64,000 bases of DNA. Source: Camelus ferus. Its lineage: Eukaryota. Location: the NCBI RefSeq assembly GCF_009834535.1, contig NC_045698.1, positions 13,208,001 to 13,272,000 of the forward strand. Direction: 5' to 3'. The position numbers and the translations under genes are program-made. Below, piece after piece: positions 1-12,860 of this stretch (its first letter is position 1; the number at the start of each line of letters is the position of its first letter). The notes under the pieces were generated by a model, which saw nothing but the letters and a program-made list of their open reading frames with translations, made no database searches and was not told where the DNA came from.

Positions 1-589
1 GAGATCGTGGTTTGCTGTTTCCTCCTGGGCTCTGTTCCACTATGCATTTACCTCTCCTAAGGCTTTGAATGAAGAGTATACCCGTTTGGGGTTCTACATG
101 GCATTGAATTTGTTCTGAGGACATCTAATTCTATACCATGTAGTGATCATGCTTGTTCATTGGGGAAGAGCTGATCTGATAGCAGTAAAAACTTTAGGAA
201 ATGGAGGATTGCTGGACAAGCATGCAAAGCATGGTTATGTCTACTATGCACTTAGCACTGAAAAAACTACTCATCAGCCTAAAATTTTTTATCCAATTAT
301 ATATATATTTTTAAAAAAATGAAGATGAATTAAGGTCATGCTTAAATGTAAATAGCTACATTATTCTCTAGTATACATCTAGTAGACTAAATGTTACTGG
401 GCGTAACTGCTGTGGAGGAAGAATTGATGTCATAGGGGAAATTGGAGCCACCCACAGAAATAAACACCTGCAGAAATTGGAAATATATAGTTTAACAGTA
501 AAGACTTTTGTTTCTCTGGTTGTAACTTCTTTAAGTGTTTGCTGAGAGTAGTAATGATAATGATGAATTAGAATTTTTTAAAACAAATA

Positions 590-1290
590 CTGATGACTAT
601 TTCTTATATACAAGAATGTTTATTATTTGAAGTTAGATTGTGATGTTTTAAAATGCACATTGTAGAATGAAGAGCATCCATTAAACATTTAAAAAAAGAA
701 ATGTAGTTAATAATCCAATAAAGGAAACAAGCAGAATACTAATCAAAAATCCGTTAATCCAAAGAAGGTAGGAAAAGAAAAGTAACAACAGAAGGGAAAA
801 CAGAAAACAAATACCAAGATGGTAGATTTAAACCCTATAATTTCAAAAATTATATTAAATTTAAACATTCTTAACACTAAATTTAAAATTCACAGTTTGT
901 CAGAATAGATGAAAAATCTAGATGTGACTCTACTTTGTTAAGAAGCACACTTTGTAAATATAAAGAACACAGAAAGGTTCACAGTAAAAGAATGAAAAAT
1001 AACCATCACACAAACAGCAATCACAAGAAACCTGGTGCAGGTATGTCAATAAAAAAGAAACTAGAATTCAAGACAGGAAATATTATATCTTATAATGTTA
1101 AAAGAATCAGTTTCTAATAAGCCAGCATTATAAATGTGTTTTTCCCTAGTAACATAAAGTAAAAGCTGAAATATCTGAAAAAAATATGTGCTCACAATTG
1201 GAGTTGGAATTTCAACACTTTCCTCAATAACAGATAGAAGGAAATAAAAATTTAATGAGGCAATAGAAGTTCTGAAAATTATCAACCTGG
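590..1290 (+). mobile_element. Old L1 (L1M-type) fragment, inter-ORF region and start of ORF2 endonuclease, decayed
   Basis: A-rich + strand with L1-typical strings AAATACCAAGATGGTAGATTTAAACC, AAGAAGCACACTTT..AAATATAAAG and GTTGGAATTTCAACACTT; frames are broken. Confidence 0.75.
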
Positions 1291-3389
1291 TTAGTCTTAT
1301 ACATCACAGTTATGAGCTTTTGTTTCTCTTTATTGTAATTTATTGATATCTTTTTAATTGTTTTCATTCAGCACATATACTGAATGGGATGGAGCACTAA
1401 GAATTAGAATAACCTCCCTGCCTGCCGCATCATGGGATAATTTTCTCAAATTAGCAGAGTATAATTTGCCAAAACGTATGGTGTTTTATCAGTTTTCTCA
1501 CTAAATATAATTCCTACATCTGTATACATGAATTTTTTTTTGCATTCTTTTACTCCACACATATTGATTGTAGAGTAAAAGAATGCTCCTTAATATATTT
1601 GGTAAACATTTTAGCATAGGAAAGTGTAATTCTTCGAAATACTTTTGATTATTGACCAATTTGAGGACCTCTTTAAAACAATAACAAATAATGGCATTTG
1701 TAAAGACTGGACTCCACTCTGACAGAGGAAAATGTTATCTTGCTCTGCACTATGAACCAATGGCTTACACTTTTGACTGGCCCCAAATTGCCAATCAGCA
1801 AGTTTTTTTTGTTTGTTTGCTTGGTTTTTGTTTTGCTTGAAATTTGACTGTAGAAATCTATTTAGGATAAGAAAGTATTATAAAAATTGAAATCAATATT
1901 AAAAATTAAAATTATCTTCTCTAATTTTTATAAAAAAGATCAGAATTATCAAAAGTGAATAAATTAATATATAAATTACTATATCATTATATAAATTAAT
2001 ATGTAAGTATAAACTATATACAACTCTGTAGTGTATTGATATATTGGTGATGCCAAATTCCCTCACATTCTGTGTCAAATGGATCGTTTTCTTGGCTGTG
2101 GTTCTCGTATTCAGTAGTTTACGTTTGTTTACTCTAAACCTTGTAGAGAACACAGTTTAATGTCAATAATCAATATTAAATAGTTACTCTACCCTCTTAT
2201 CAGGAATGATGATGCAGGAATGGTTACTTTCTAATATTCTTCCTTTGCAAAAAAAGGAGAAAATAATCCATTGCTATTATAAACCAAAGTATTGTGATAT
2301 TCCACCTTTTAGGACATTGGACTTTGAAAAACCATTTGTAGAAAATACACTATTTTATATACTTAACCATAAACAATTGTTACCACTCCCTATAAGTCAG
2401 CCATAAATTTCATTACTGTTTCTGACTTTCTTCATAATTTGTATACTTATTTATGGAAAAAATTGAGTGTTACAATACTATCATTGCTAGGCATTGAAGA
2501 TTTGATGTAACAAGAAACTGATTAAAATTTTAACATAAAAATATCTTCAAAGATAAATAATAGTTCTAAATCACTTAATGCCATTCTTTTTGGTTATGCT
2601 AAGTTAATTATCTTTAAACAATAGATCTAATGCTATATGGTGAATTCAAATTCATTTGGAGGTGTATTTTATTTTAAACATTATGTTCTCAGAAACTTAT
2701 GGATTTATTACTAAATTAAGTGGGTTATAATTGAATCGAAGGTATCAACATCATCAAAAATAATTATTTATTCTTGTATATCTTAAAGATCTTCTCATTA
2801 TGTAAATTAGGAGTGTCGATTATTATGTACATCCCTTGGATAACAGGCAATGTATGATTATGTTTCCAGAATGATGCATCTGTTCTGATTTGATTTAACT
2901 ACCCATCAGTGACTATAAATTGTTGGGTAATTTTGTTTGATTGGCAAAATAATTTTAGTGCAGTTTAAGCAATATTGTTGCATTTGTGCCTGGATTTCCA
3001 ATGCTTTTTTTTTCCTGCGGCATATCAAGTAAAAAAATACTGAGTCTATTTACCTCATAAGTTACTTAAGCACATCCTAGGAAAAAATATAACTATCAAT
3101 TTTACTTCAGGTTAGAGAGTTCTGCAATATAATATAATCAGCTTTTATCATTTTGAAAGTTGAATTTCTATATGACCTTAATTATCTCCTTACATTTTCT
3201 TTTAGGGAAATTAAACCATCATTCTTCATCTCTGATGTGGGCAGCATCTTTTAAGCATCAAATAAGACATGTAATTTTTGTCTGTGACAATTCTGTTATA
3301 CTCTACACCCAAAGCCTGAACAACTTTGTTTGGCTCTGTCTTCAATTTAGTTACAAAAACCAACTCGTTTCTTGGAGTTTCTCTACCAC

Positions 3390-4075
3390 GATAACTCTAG
3401 TCTAAGCCACCGTAAACTCTTGTCTGGACTGTAACAATGACTTCTAACTGGTCCCTCAGCTTCGTCCTTTGACACCTCTTAGTCTGTCCTCATCTGGGCC
3501 GTCAGAGAGATGCTCAAAGGCATCTACTGGCATCCCATGTAGTTCAAAATCAAAGTGCAGATCCTTAATCTGAAGCATAGTATGCTTTTTGCCCAACTTC
3601 ACCTTCTGAACTTATCTTCTGTCACTTTCCACAGTCCTCGCTTTTGCCAGACGGTCCCTGGATGTCACTCCTGCCCACTCAGTATACTCCTGTCTCAGGG
3701 CCTTTGCACTTGCTGTCCTCATACCGAGTGCACCCTCTTCCCAGTTGTGGTCGGCCAGCATGCTCACTTCATTCAGCAATCTGTTCAAATATGACTGCTC
3801 CACAGATGCTCTTCCTGAACATGCTATGTTAAAAAATACTCATGCTGTTTCTCTGTTCCCCTTCACTTTGTGTACTTTAATTGGCTTTATAATTGTTTAT
3901 ATCATTCATCTCCACCTGGCTTGTAAGACTTGTATTCTATAATTATCATCTCTTCCTCTCCGTTAGAATGACAGCTTCAGGAGAGGAGAGAATTGGCTTT
4001 CTTCCTGGCAGCATCCTCAGCACAGAACTCAGTGTCTGGTCCACAGTAGAGATATAATAATAAATCATTGGAGGA
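3390..4075 (+). mobile_element. L2 LINE 3' end relic
   Basis: L2-like strings CTAGTCTAAGCCACC..CTGGACT..CTAACTGGTCCC, TCTCAGGGCCTTTGCACTTGCTGT and a terminal CAGTGTCTGG..CAGTAG..AATAAAT. Confidence 0.8.
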
Positions 4076-6676
4076 AGAAGTTCTCCATATGTATGAATTA
4101 CTTAACCAAATGATTTTAAAAGTGGGGTTACATGTTGTTGAACAATATAAAAAGGAAAATTATATAGTTGACTAAGCATTATATAAAATATCATGAACTT
4201 TGATTCTGTTTTAACAGCAAAGCTATAGTAACATAGGTATACTTTTACCAATGCACCAGAAGATCTTAAAGCAGGCCTAATTAACAAAATTAAATTGTGT
4301 CATACTATTATTGTTTTAATGTTAAGAATACTTCCTGATAATTCTGGAGTGATTTTTATCCCAAAAGACCTGCAATTCCTGTGAGAAATACTGTGTCTTT
4401 TTTGTCTTTCTACAACACCATTGTGTACAATTAAAAGAAAAACAAACCTGTATATAATAGATTTCTAAGGAATATGTTGAAGAATAATATCAAAGCAATG
4501 TCATTTATCTAATAACTTTCTATTTGAATTGCAAATAGTGAAGAAATCAAAACCGGAAAAAAATACAAATATTCTCAGGGTGGAAACAATTTCTTTGAAG
4601 AAGTAGAGGTGTGATGTCATAGCCTTTCATGTAATTATCATCATAGGCACCGTTATGCTACTTAGAAAATACTATAAAAGGAAAGAAAGGTGAGTCTTCA
4701 GAGTTTTTCTTATTATTTTCCTCTAGGAAGAAGTCACTTTGGTATGATTTTTTTTGATAAAACTGAAATCAATTTTAAGTCAAAGCACATCATCTCTTTA
4801 ATATAGTCTTTCTGCATTAAATAGAATCCCAGTTATGAGTAAGTAGAAAAGAAAAAGAGCAAGAATTAAACAATTTTGTATCCCCAATAGATCTTCAAGA
4901 GAGAAGATGTAACACTTAGCTGAATGTTAAATGTACTTAAATGAACATGAAGCAGTGAGCTAAGCAGCTTCCCTTTCTTTCCCTGTGATAGTGCATTTTC
5001 TGTCATTCTATCATTGCCCCACACTGTCTGCCCATATCTATAGGACTATTTCTAAGGCACATGTAAAATTAAGAAAAACAGTACAAAGGTGATACACAGA
5101 TATAGACAGACACAGATAATACGTGAAATAAATGAACTAAATCCCAACTTTGGTTTTGTCTGTTCATCTCCTTCAGCTCCAGAGAAGGTGTAAATAGTCC
5201 ACATTCCCTTCCTCCATCATGTGCTCTCTTGTGCAGTCCCTCTGGTTTCCTTGTTTCTTTGAATCCTCAGTTGTAGGCATCACAGGCAGTAGGTGATACT
5301 TAGACAATTCTTATCTCCAGAATGACCCAGCTTTTTGCCTCCCTCTCCAGGTAACTCTAAAATATGTTGATCACACATATCTCCATCCTGGAGGGTGCAA
5401 AAAGCATTCTGTATTGCCCAATATTCCTCACTCATTGTTTGAAGACTGGTGCATGCATTCTGGAAGGCTACGGGAATATCTGCTCCTTCAGTCATCACTC
5501 CATGGTACCCTTCCTGAAGTCTCAGGCTCCAGCTCATAGAAATAATTTTGCAGATAAAGGGGGGAAAATACTGGAATCTCTATAAGCTTGGTACAGAGGG
5601 AGAGGAAAAAAATTAATAACTAAACAATGTAGTTTAGTTTTTTATTGTCTCTGAATTTTCTAATCCTGCATAAGCAAAGCTTTCTATTTTCTATAGAAGT
5701 TTTGCCTTTCAGAGCTTTATTTGCAAATGGTTTGTTTGTTCTCGGTTCTTTCTTGAGCATCATCACACCACACCCCTTCCACCAATAACACTACTTCCAC
5801 ATTACATCCATCCAGTTACCAGATTACTATATGAAGCTTTATTTGCATTTGCATCCCATCAGGAATCACAAAATTTCCACAATGTTAACCATCAAAGAAC
5901 TGCGACAGTTTAATCTGTACAATTATTTTGTACACGTGAATATTGATTATTCTATTGAAAATAATTTTCTAAAAATTACTGCAGAAGGGCTTTTCAGGCA
6001 AAGGGAAATAAACCAGGGAAATATGTCAGAGTAAAATATGGAGATGTGTAAAAGAATTAGGAAGAGGATTAGAGGAGTGAGATTGAAGTTTGTGGTTAAA
6101 CACAAACACACACAGCAAAAATGCTTGCACAGGGAAGTTTACAGCTTTAGAACTGACAAAAGATCTTAAGAAATACAATATTGCTCATTAGTAGAGAGGC
6201 TGAGAAGAGTAATGTGTGAGGTTGGAAGAATAGGTCATATAGAACACATCTGACACCAAGGCACAATGAAATGCAATTAAAATGTTCTCACGACAATTCG
6301 TAAAAGGATGAAATGTATTGCACCAAGTTTTATGGCCTAATAAAACTAAGATGTACCTTCACTCTGCTGGAAAGGTTTATGAAGAGAAGGAGAGAAGAGG
6401 TAATATGAACAGGTGGTTTCTGTGGCTTCTGGGGTGCTATCTAAAGGGATAGATGAACTCTCATTCATTTCTAATAAAATAGAAAGATACTGAAGTAGAA
6501 ATACTAGGCTTGGGGGTTTTTTGTTTTTAAAATGGAAACAAATATATCTATATCAAAGTGAAATCTTTAAAAAATCAAATTTAAAAATTACAATTCTGTG
6601 TAGCTAATTACCCTGACATTTCCATCTACAATTACCTTATTTCTTCTTTTTTTTTTTTGCAAAATAAATAGATGAT

Positions 6677-6719
<43 letters not shown>

Positions 6720-6720
6720 G
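6677..6720. repeat. (GATA)n tetranucleotide microsatellite
   Basis: About 10-11 consecutive GATA units, read directly. Confidence 0.97.
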
Positions 6721-7122
6721 GATAAATTAGCTACCTAGCTAGACAATTCATGCTATATGTGCCCAGAAGTGTTTTTCTAGTAAAATTGTAAAAGAGAATA
6801 AAGAATAACATTAACACGTACATTTGTATCTCTGCATGCAAACAGAATATTACCATTATACAAGGTACTGTTTGATAACATTGACTCACTGTTTAATTGC
6901 ATTTACTTGTAAGGAAAAAAAAAGAGGGGCAACCCAATGTTCCCTATTAACATAATGTAAGAGAACGGGGGTGTTGTAATAGACATCTCATTTCCTGCTT
7001 ATTCACTAGGAGTATAAAGTCATGGATTCTATGGGCTTCAATATCTTTATTCATAAAATTGGGTTTTTACCTGCCCTGCTCGTCTGCTTTAGGGTTTCAG
7101 TGATCACAACTCGATGCTACTT

Positions 7123-7432
7123 CAAATGTGATGACTGATGTCCTTATAAAAAGAAGACAGAGACAGACAGGAAGAGAACAGCGTGTGAGGACAGAAGGTC
7201 GGGGTGCAAGAGTCGCAGGCCCCAGGACTCGATGGCTGGATTGCTGGCAGCCACCAGGAGCTAGGAAAAGGCAAGAAAGGATTTCTTGCTACCAATTTCA
7301 GAGAGAGCATGGCCCTCCTGACACCTTGATTTTGAACTTCTAGTTTCTGGAACTGTGAGTCAATAAAATTTTATTGTTTTAAGCCACTTAGTTTGTATTA
7401 CTTTGTATTGGCAGTCCTAGGAAACAAATATA
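7123..7432 (+). mobile_element. MaLR LTR (MLT1C/D-like), 3' portion
   Basis: Contains GACTGATGTCCTTATAAAAAGA, CCACCAGGAGCTAGGAA, GCATGGCCCT..GACACCTTGATTTT..TTCTAG and the MLT1 terminus TTTTAAGCCAC..GGCAGTCCTAGGAAACAAATA. Confidence 0.85.
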
Positions 7433-7447
7433 AAAGTGTTTAAGACA

Positions 7448-7740
7448 GATTCACTGACATATAAAACAAACTCATGGTTACCAGGGGAACGGGGATGGGA
7501 AGGGATAAACTGGGAATTCAAGATTTGCAGATAATAACGATCATATGTAAAATAGATAAACAATAAGTTCACACTACGTAGCACAGGGAATTATATTCAG
7601 TACTTTGTAGTAACCTACAATGAAAAAGAATATGAAAAGGAATATATGTTTGTACACATGTGACTGAAACATTGTGCTGTACGCCAGAAATCAACGCAAC
7701 ACTGTAAGCTGACTATACTTCAAGTAAAATAATCAAAACT
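7448..7740 (+). mobile_element. 5'-truncated L1 3' UTR (lineage-specific subfamily)
   Basis: Same sequence family as 20890-21180 (AAACTCATGGTTACCAGGGG..GACTATACTTCA). Probable degenerate TSD AAAGTGTTTAAGACA (7433-7447) / AAATTGTTTGAGACA (7741-7755). Confidence 0.9.
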
Positions 7741-9551
7741 AAATTGTTTGAGACATATATACAAGATCTGCTATTCACTAATGGTTAGAAAAATCAAATA
7801 ATTTCATAAACCAACAACTTGATTATTGATGGTGTTACAGCTCAGCAGGGACTGATTTATTTGAGCTATTATTCCATTCCTGTAGAAACTGTCCTGATTC
7901 TCAGTTAATTAAAAAAATTATTAACCAACTTTGTAACAAATAAGTGCAAAGAAAAAAAATGTTTAAGTTGTGTTTTTCTTTTATAAAAGAAACAGTAGTA
8001 GAATCAAGTTCAGGGATAATACAGAAACGTTTGTAATTTAGGAAAAGGCAAACATTACTTATGTGTTTTGTTTCTCTTTCAGTGTGGTGATGTCAATTTT
8101 TCTGAGTCTTTCCATGTTAATGATTCTGAATAGTAACATGACCCAAATACTGCTAAAGTTTCCCTTAAACAAATGCTTGCCCCATTTTAATAATTGATTG
8201 TAGAAAATAAACAGATAGGAGTATTAAAAAATACTAAAACAAGTTTGTTAAGATAATTTTAGTTGCTATAACTGATCAATCTTCAAGTCTCTATGGCTTA
8301 ATGCAATAGTTAGTACAAAATCTCATGGCCGTGGACTTGATGGTCAAAATGACACTGTCTCACTTGTTTATTTGGAAACCCAGCTTGACAGAGGTGCTTT
8401 CTGCCTTCAGCACGTCTCCCAAAGTCATCCAGGAACATCAAGTCATCAGACGGCCTGTGTTGATGACAATCTGTGCCAAGTCTCCTTTGTTTTAATACCA
8501 TGTCTATCATGTGCTGTCACAGGGATATGCAGACTTAACTGGTACAAGTTGAACAGAGGACCTGAAAAAAATAAATATTAAAATGGAATTCGTCATCATG
8601 TTTTAGACTCAAAATTCTTCAAGCAAGCGTTATTCCTTCAAAACCTGGCGACCTACAAAATAAAAAGATGAAAGACTCGCACACACAATTATTATCACAT
8701 GTGGCTCAGAGCTACGATATGTGCAATTAAAACTCTCCTCAAAAAGGAAATCTAACTGGGCACCTGTGTGAGTCCAAGATGGAAAGTTTTCGATGAGACC
8801 CTTATTTTGCCCCTCAGAGGACCCCCTGCATCCTTTATCCCACCCACATGATGGGGAAAGTGAGTGGCTTGGAGATGCTCTCTCCCTGGTGTCCTTGCTA
8901 CAGGTCTAGGGTTTTCAGCCTAATCCCTGCAGGTGCACTTTTGGGGCCCCACATGCTGTTTCCTTGCTTGAATTGAGTAAGGTTATTTGCATCCTGGCTA
9001 GAGATTCCATCGGTAATATTATTTCCTAAAAGTGTTAGTGAGCTTCCAATGTCTGCTTCCCCCACAGTCTCCTATGCAAATGTCTGTATCCAAAGTCCTT
9101 TCCTAGACCCTGGTTCCGAAGTCACTCTCAGTCCCTCCCTTCCTTTGTTTCTCACAAAGAATGGCAGCTGCTTTGAGGCCCTTTATTTCTTTTTGACTCC
9201 TGGCTGCAGAAACATTTTGTTCAACTAAGTAGTCTCCCCAGCCTTTGCTGCCCCAGACCCTGTTAGTCTCATTGCTTGTCATCAGGGGCTAGTAGCATCC
9301 ATTCTTTACTGTCAGGATTGACATGTCTATTCTATTTGATCACTGTGTAAGGAAACAGCAGATTCCTATCTGTGCCCACCTCTTATTCATAGCACTTTGC
9401 CAAAGAAAAACAACACATTTTTTCCAATCACTCCACTTAGAGATACAGGCTTCAGTGTACTTAGTTTGTGTTCTAACCTTCATAAGAGATGCTTTGATTT
9501 TCAGCCTGGCCATTAAGAAATTACTACATACATGTATTTTTATAAAAGCAG

Positions 9552-10032
9552 TGTAACTGAGCAGGACCCTGTGAGGTCTTCCAGCGTCAGACCCCTTCCC
9601 CACATCCTCTGCCGCAGCTCCTCTCTGAAGTACCCAGTTCATAGTATCTCATGCATATTTCCTGAGTTTTTCAGATGCTAATAGCCACCACCAAAGGGAA
9701 GAAATTAACTACTTGAAGATCAGGAGCACGTGGCTGTCAGACCTTCTGGCGCCTAGGCGTTGACAGTGTTGACAGCCCTGTTCTCTCAACATCAACCAAT
9801 CAGAGGACGGTACACCAGCTGATCATGTACCCTGGGACATCCCACCCCCCCTTATCTGGCCTTTAACTATGCTTTGCTGAAACCCTTCAGGGAGTTCGGG
9901 GTTTTCTTTGGCATGAGTCACCCCGTCCTCCTTGCTCGGTCCTGCAATAAACCTTTCTCTGCTCCAGACTCCCATGTTTCAGTTTGCTTGGCCTCCTGGT
10001 ACAGCAGGTACATGAACTTGCTTTCAGTAACA
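9552..10032 (+). mobile_element. Solo LTR, ERV1-class
   Basis: TG...CA ends with imperfect inverted termini TGTAACTGA/TCAGTAACA, perfect 4-bp TSD GCAG (9548-9551, 10033-10036), CCAAT box and AATAAA signal near 9947. Confidence 0.92.
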
Positions 10033-11881
10033 GCAGCAAACCATTTCCACTTTTCAATGCAACAACACCTGTGTTAGTTAGGATAACATTCATAACTGCT
10101 GAAACAAAAATCTCTTTAATCTTTTCTTTTCTTCCCCCAAATCAATATGGCGATGTTCACGAAAAGGAAGGCAAGAGTTTCTTGACTGGAACTTTATAAA
10201 CCTCCCCCCATTCTTACATTATTTATCTTGTCTACTAAAGGTTTTATTTTGTGATTATATTAGTGAACACACCTATATTCATTATTTCTTATACATGAAA
10301 ATTAAGTAATTTCATATTTACCCTAGGTGTCTAGATTATCACTTTGTGTGTATCAGGTTCTTGTATTACTAAGAGTATGTTTTAATATTTGTTTATTGTT
10401 GAACTATTTCTCCTTGCATATACTAATTAACCATGTAAATACCCAATTTCACATAATGAAAATGCATGTAAAATTGTGATTCTGCACATGCAAACACAAC
10501 TATAAAAATGTTAACTGCAACTGTTGTAGAAATCCTTGGTCCTCTGGTGAATACTGCAGACATTCTGTGCTTTAAAATATTGAGAATATATGTTTTCATA
10601 AGGCATTGCTCGCATTGACAGTTTTATAACAGTCAACATTCTGTAGGTTTCCCGGGAAGTGATTCACGTCCAACTCAGTGTGACACCAGAAGAGTTTCTC
10701 CTGCTGATGAATGTGTGTGCATTGGACCCATTTCTTAGAAAGGTTGACAATGCAAAAGCCATTGAAACCACAACACTGTATTTTTTGCTGTCATAGTTTT
10801 TCATGGTCAACTTTCACTTGTGTTTGTTCTGTGAAATCAAATGGGGAAGGTGTGTGGGTGTCTGTGTCTGTGTGTGTATGTGTGTGAATGTGTGTGTGGT
10901 CAGAGGGCAGATTTTTACTAACAGTTGAGAACACAGATTCACTTTTAAGTTATCTTCCACTTTCTTATGATAGTAATTTATGGCTCTAAATATTTCCAGA
11001 AATTTCAGCAATTTTACTTTGTCATTTTTATAAAGTTAAATTTTTTTGATAAAGCCCCTATACAGAGTTCATTTTGGAGTTACAGGTCTTGTATATAACC
11101 TGGTAAAATACATAGTCCCGGAAGTATTTAGTCAATTCAGTTCTCACACAGGATTCCACATATTTCAAAATGGAAAGAACTTTAAGATGCAAGCATAAAA
11201 ATCAGAAGTGGGGTACATCTGAAAAAGGTTTTAAAAACCTCGAAGACATACGTGGAGTGATCTGTGGTCACAAAGATGCAGCAAGCTCACCCATCTTATT
11301 CCTTCCTCTGATGGCAGCTAGAACTCCTGGGTTCTGAATGGTAGGCAACAGCAAGCATTGTGGACAGGAAGTCAACACTGAAGAAAGACCGGTTTGCTGG
11401 TGAGTTTCCTAGTTTTTTTTTTCCCCCTTTCATTTTTCTTTTTTCGTCCAAGGATGGCCCAACTGTGAACCACATCAGAACAACAAAAACTGCCATTTAA
11501 GCTAAAAGCTGGAGAGTTTAGGGTAATGCATTTTTTTTTTCTCCCTGCTGTGGTCCAGGGACAGCATCATTCTTTAAACCGTCAATCACTACACTAAAAA
11601 TGCTGTGTTTAATCATTAGAGAGGATATTGTATTTGTCATGTGAGATATCAATTCAATGTTGTTTATTTTCCTTCTGAACAAACATATTCGTGTCCCGCA
11701 TCATTGAGGGTTGGACTAGCAGGAAATCCATCATATACACATTCGTATATCAAACTTGTCTCGAAAAACCCAATTACCTGGTAAAACTGGCTGGGTGGCA
11801 TCTCCTCGTTTTGTTTTGTTTTCTTCCGATTTGTGGTGAAAAAGAACTGGAATCTGACGGACTAAGCCCGACCACTCGCTG

Positions 11882-11900
11882 TAGCCAGCAGAGGGCAGCA
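11882..11900 (+). promoter_or_regulatory. Candidate CTCF binding site
   Basis: TAGCCAGCAGAGGGCAGCA matches the CTCF core CCASYAGRKGGCRS and lies in a locally CpG-retaining non-repeat patch. Confidence 0.65.
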
Positions 11901-12124
11901 GAAGGCTTCCATAGGCGGACCTGAGCCAAAAGGCTTCTAAGAGGAAAGCAGTCTTATGGGAAGGCCAGAGATGCAACAAAAAAAAAAAAAAAAAAAATCA
12001 AGACCAGGGACACTGCCATTAGAGGGGGTAGAAGTCATTTGACATATGCAAGCATAAGCTAATTGTCACAGAGGGGGTAGTTCAATCCCATAAAGGACTT
12101 GATGGATTTATTCATTCCTTCTAC

Positions 12125-12255
12125 CGGCAAGTAATGTGTGTAGTGTCTTCCGTTTCGGCTTCAGTTTCTTCGTTTACTAAGTGGTTATAATGCTAATAAC
12201 AACCTCATAAAATATATGAGGATTGCATAGGGCTATTTGTCAAATATCACTGCAG
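12125..12255 (+). mobile_element. MIR SINE relic
   Basis: Core-like GCTTCAGTTTCTTC..ATAATGCTAATAACAACCTCATA..TGAGGATT. Confidence 0.6.
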
Positions 12256-12499
12256 GGTCTTTTTTTTTTTAACTTTAATATCTCTTAAGATAGAAGATAT
12301 GACTCTTTAATAGAAGCATTTTAGGAAAACAATTGCTACCATCATAATAAAACCAACTACCTCTGTAAATCTGCACATGGGTTGTAAACAGCATTCTAAG
12401 TGCAAATATATTAAATGTAAAATATTCTTTTCTGTAGCATTACAGAAATAAAGGGAGAAGAGTCACTGCTGGAGCATGTAAAATCAGTGCACATACAGC

Positions 12500-12860
12500 C
12501 AAGACTGTGGACTGAGCACCTTCTGGAACATTTAACCCGAGACCTGGAAGACGGTTTCTCTGAAGCTAAGAGTTGAAGGGCCTGGGGTGGGACCAGCCCT
12601 GCTAGGTGACGGAGAATTCTCAGGCAAAGGAAGACTGCCTGTGCAAAGATTTTAATACAGACAAAAATGCAGACATTCAAAAAACAAAAAGCAATCCGTT
12701 GTGTCTGAGCAGAGAGGGTGATGGGGAGAGATTTATGGAATGAGACAAGGGAATTAGATCCAGAAAGACACATGTGGGGCCCATAGGTCTTATTAAATAT
12801 TTTGGAGCTTCTTGTAATGTCATTTGGAAACTTTTAGAATGAATTCAGCGGAGAGAAATG
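12500..12860 (-). mobile_element. L2 relic
   Basis: Antisense L2-like strings GAGACCTGGAAG, CAGGCAAAGGAAGACTGCCTGTGCAAAG and GAGATTTATGGAATGAGAC. Confidence 0.55.

Noticed and set aside
5280..5537. 85-aa minus-strand ORF with a faint RT-like VM..G...P..FQ pattern
   Set aside because: No YxDD motif or other support; similarity is too weak to call.
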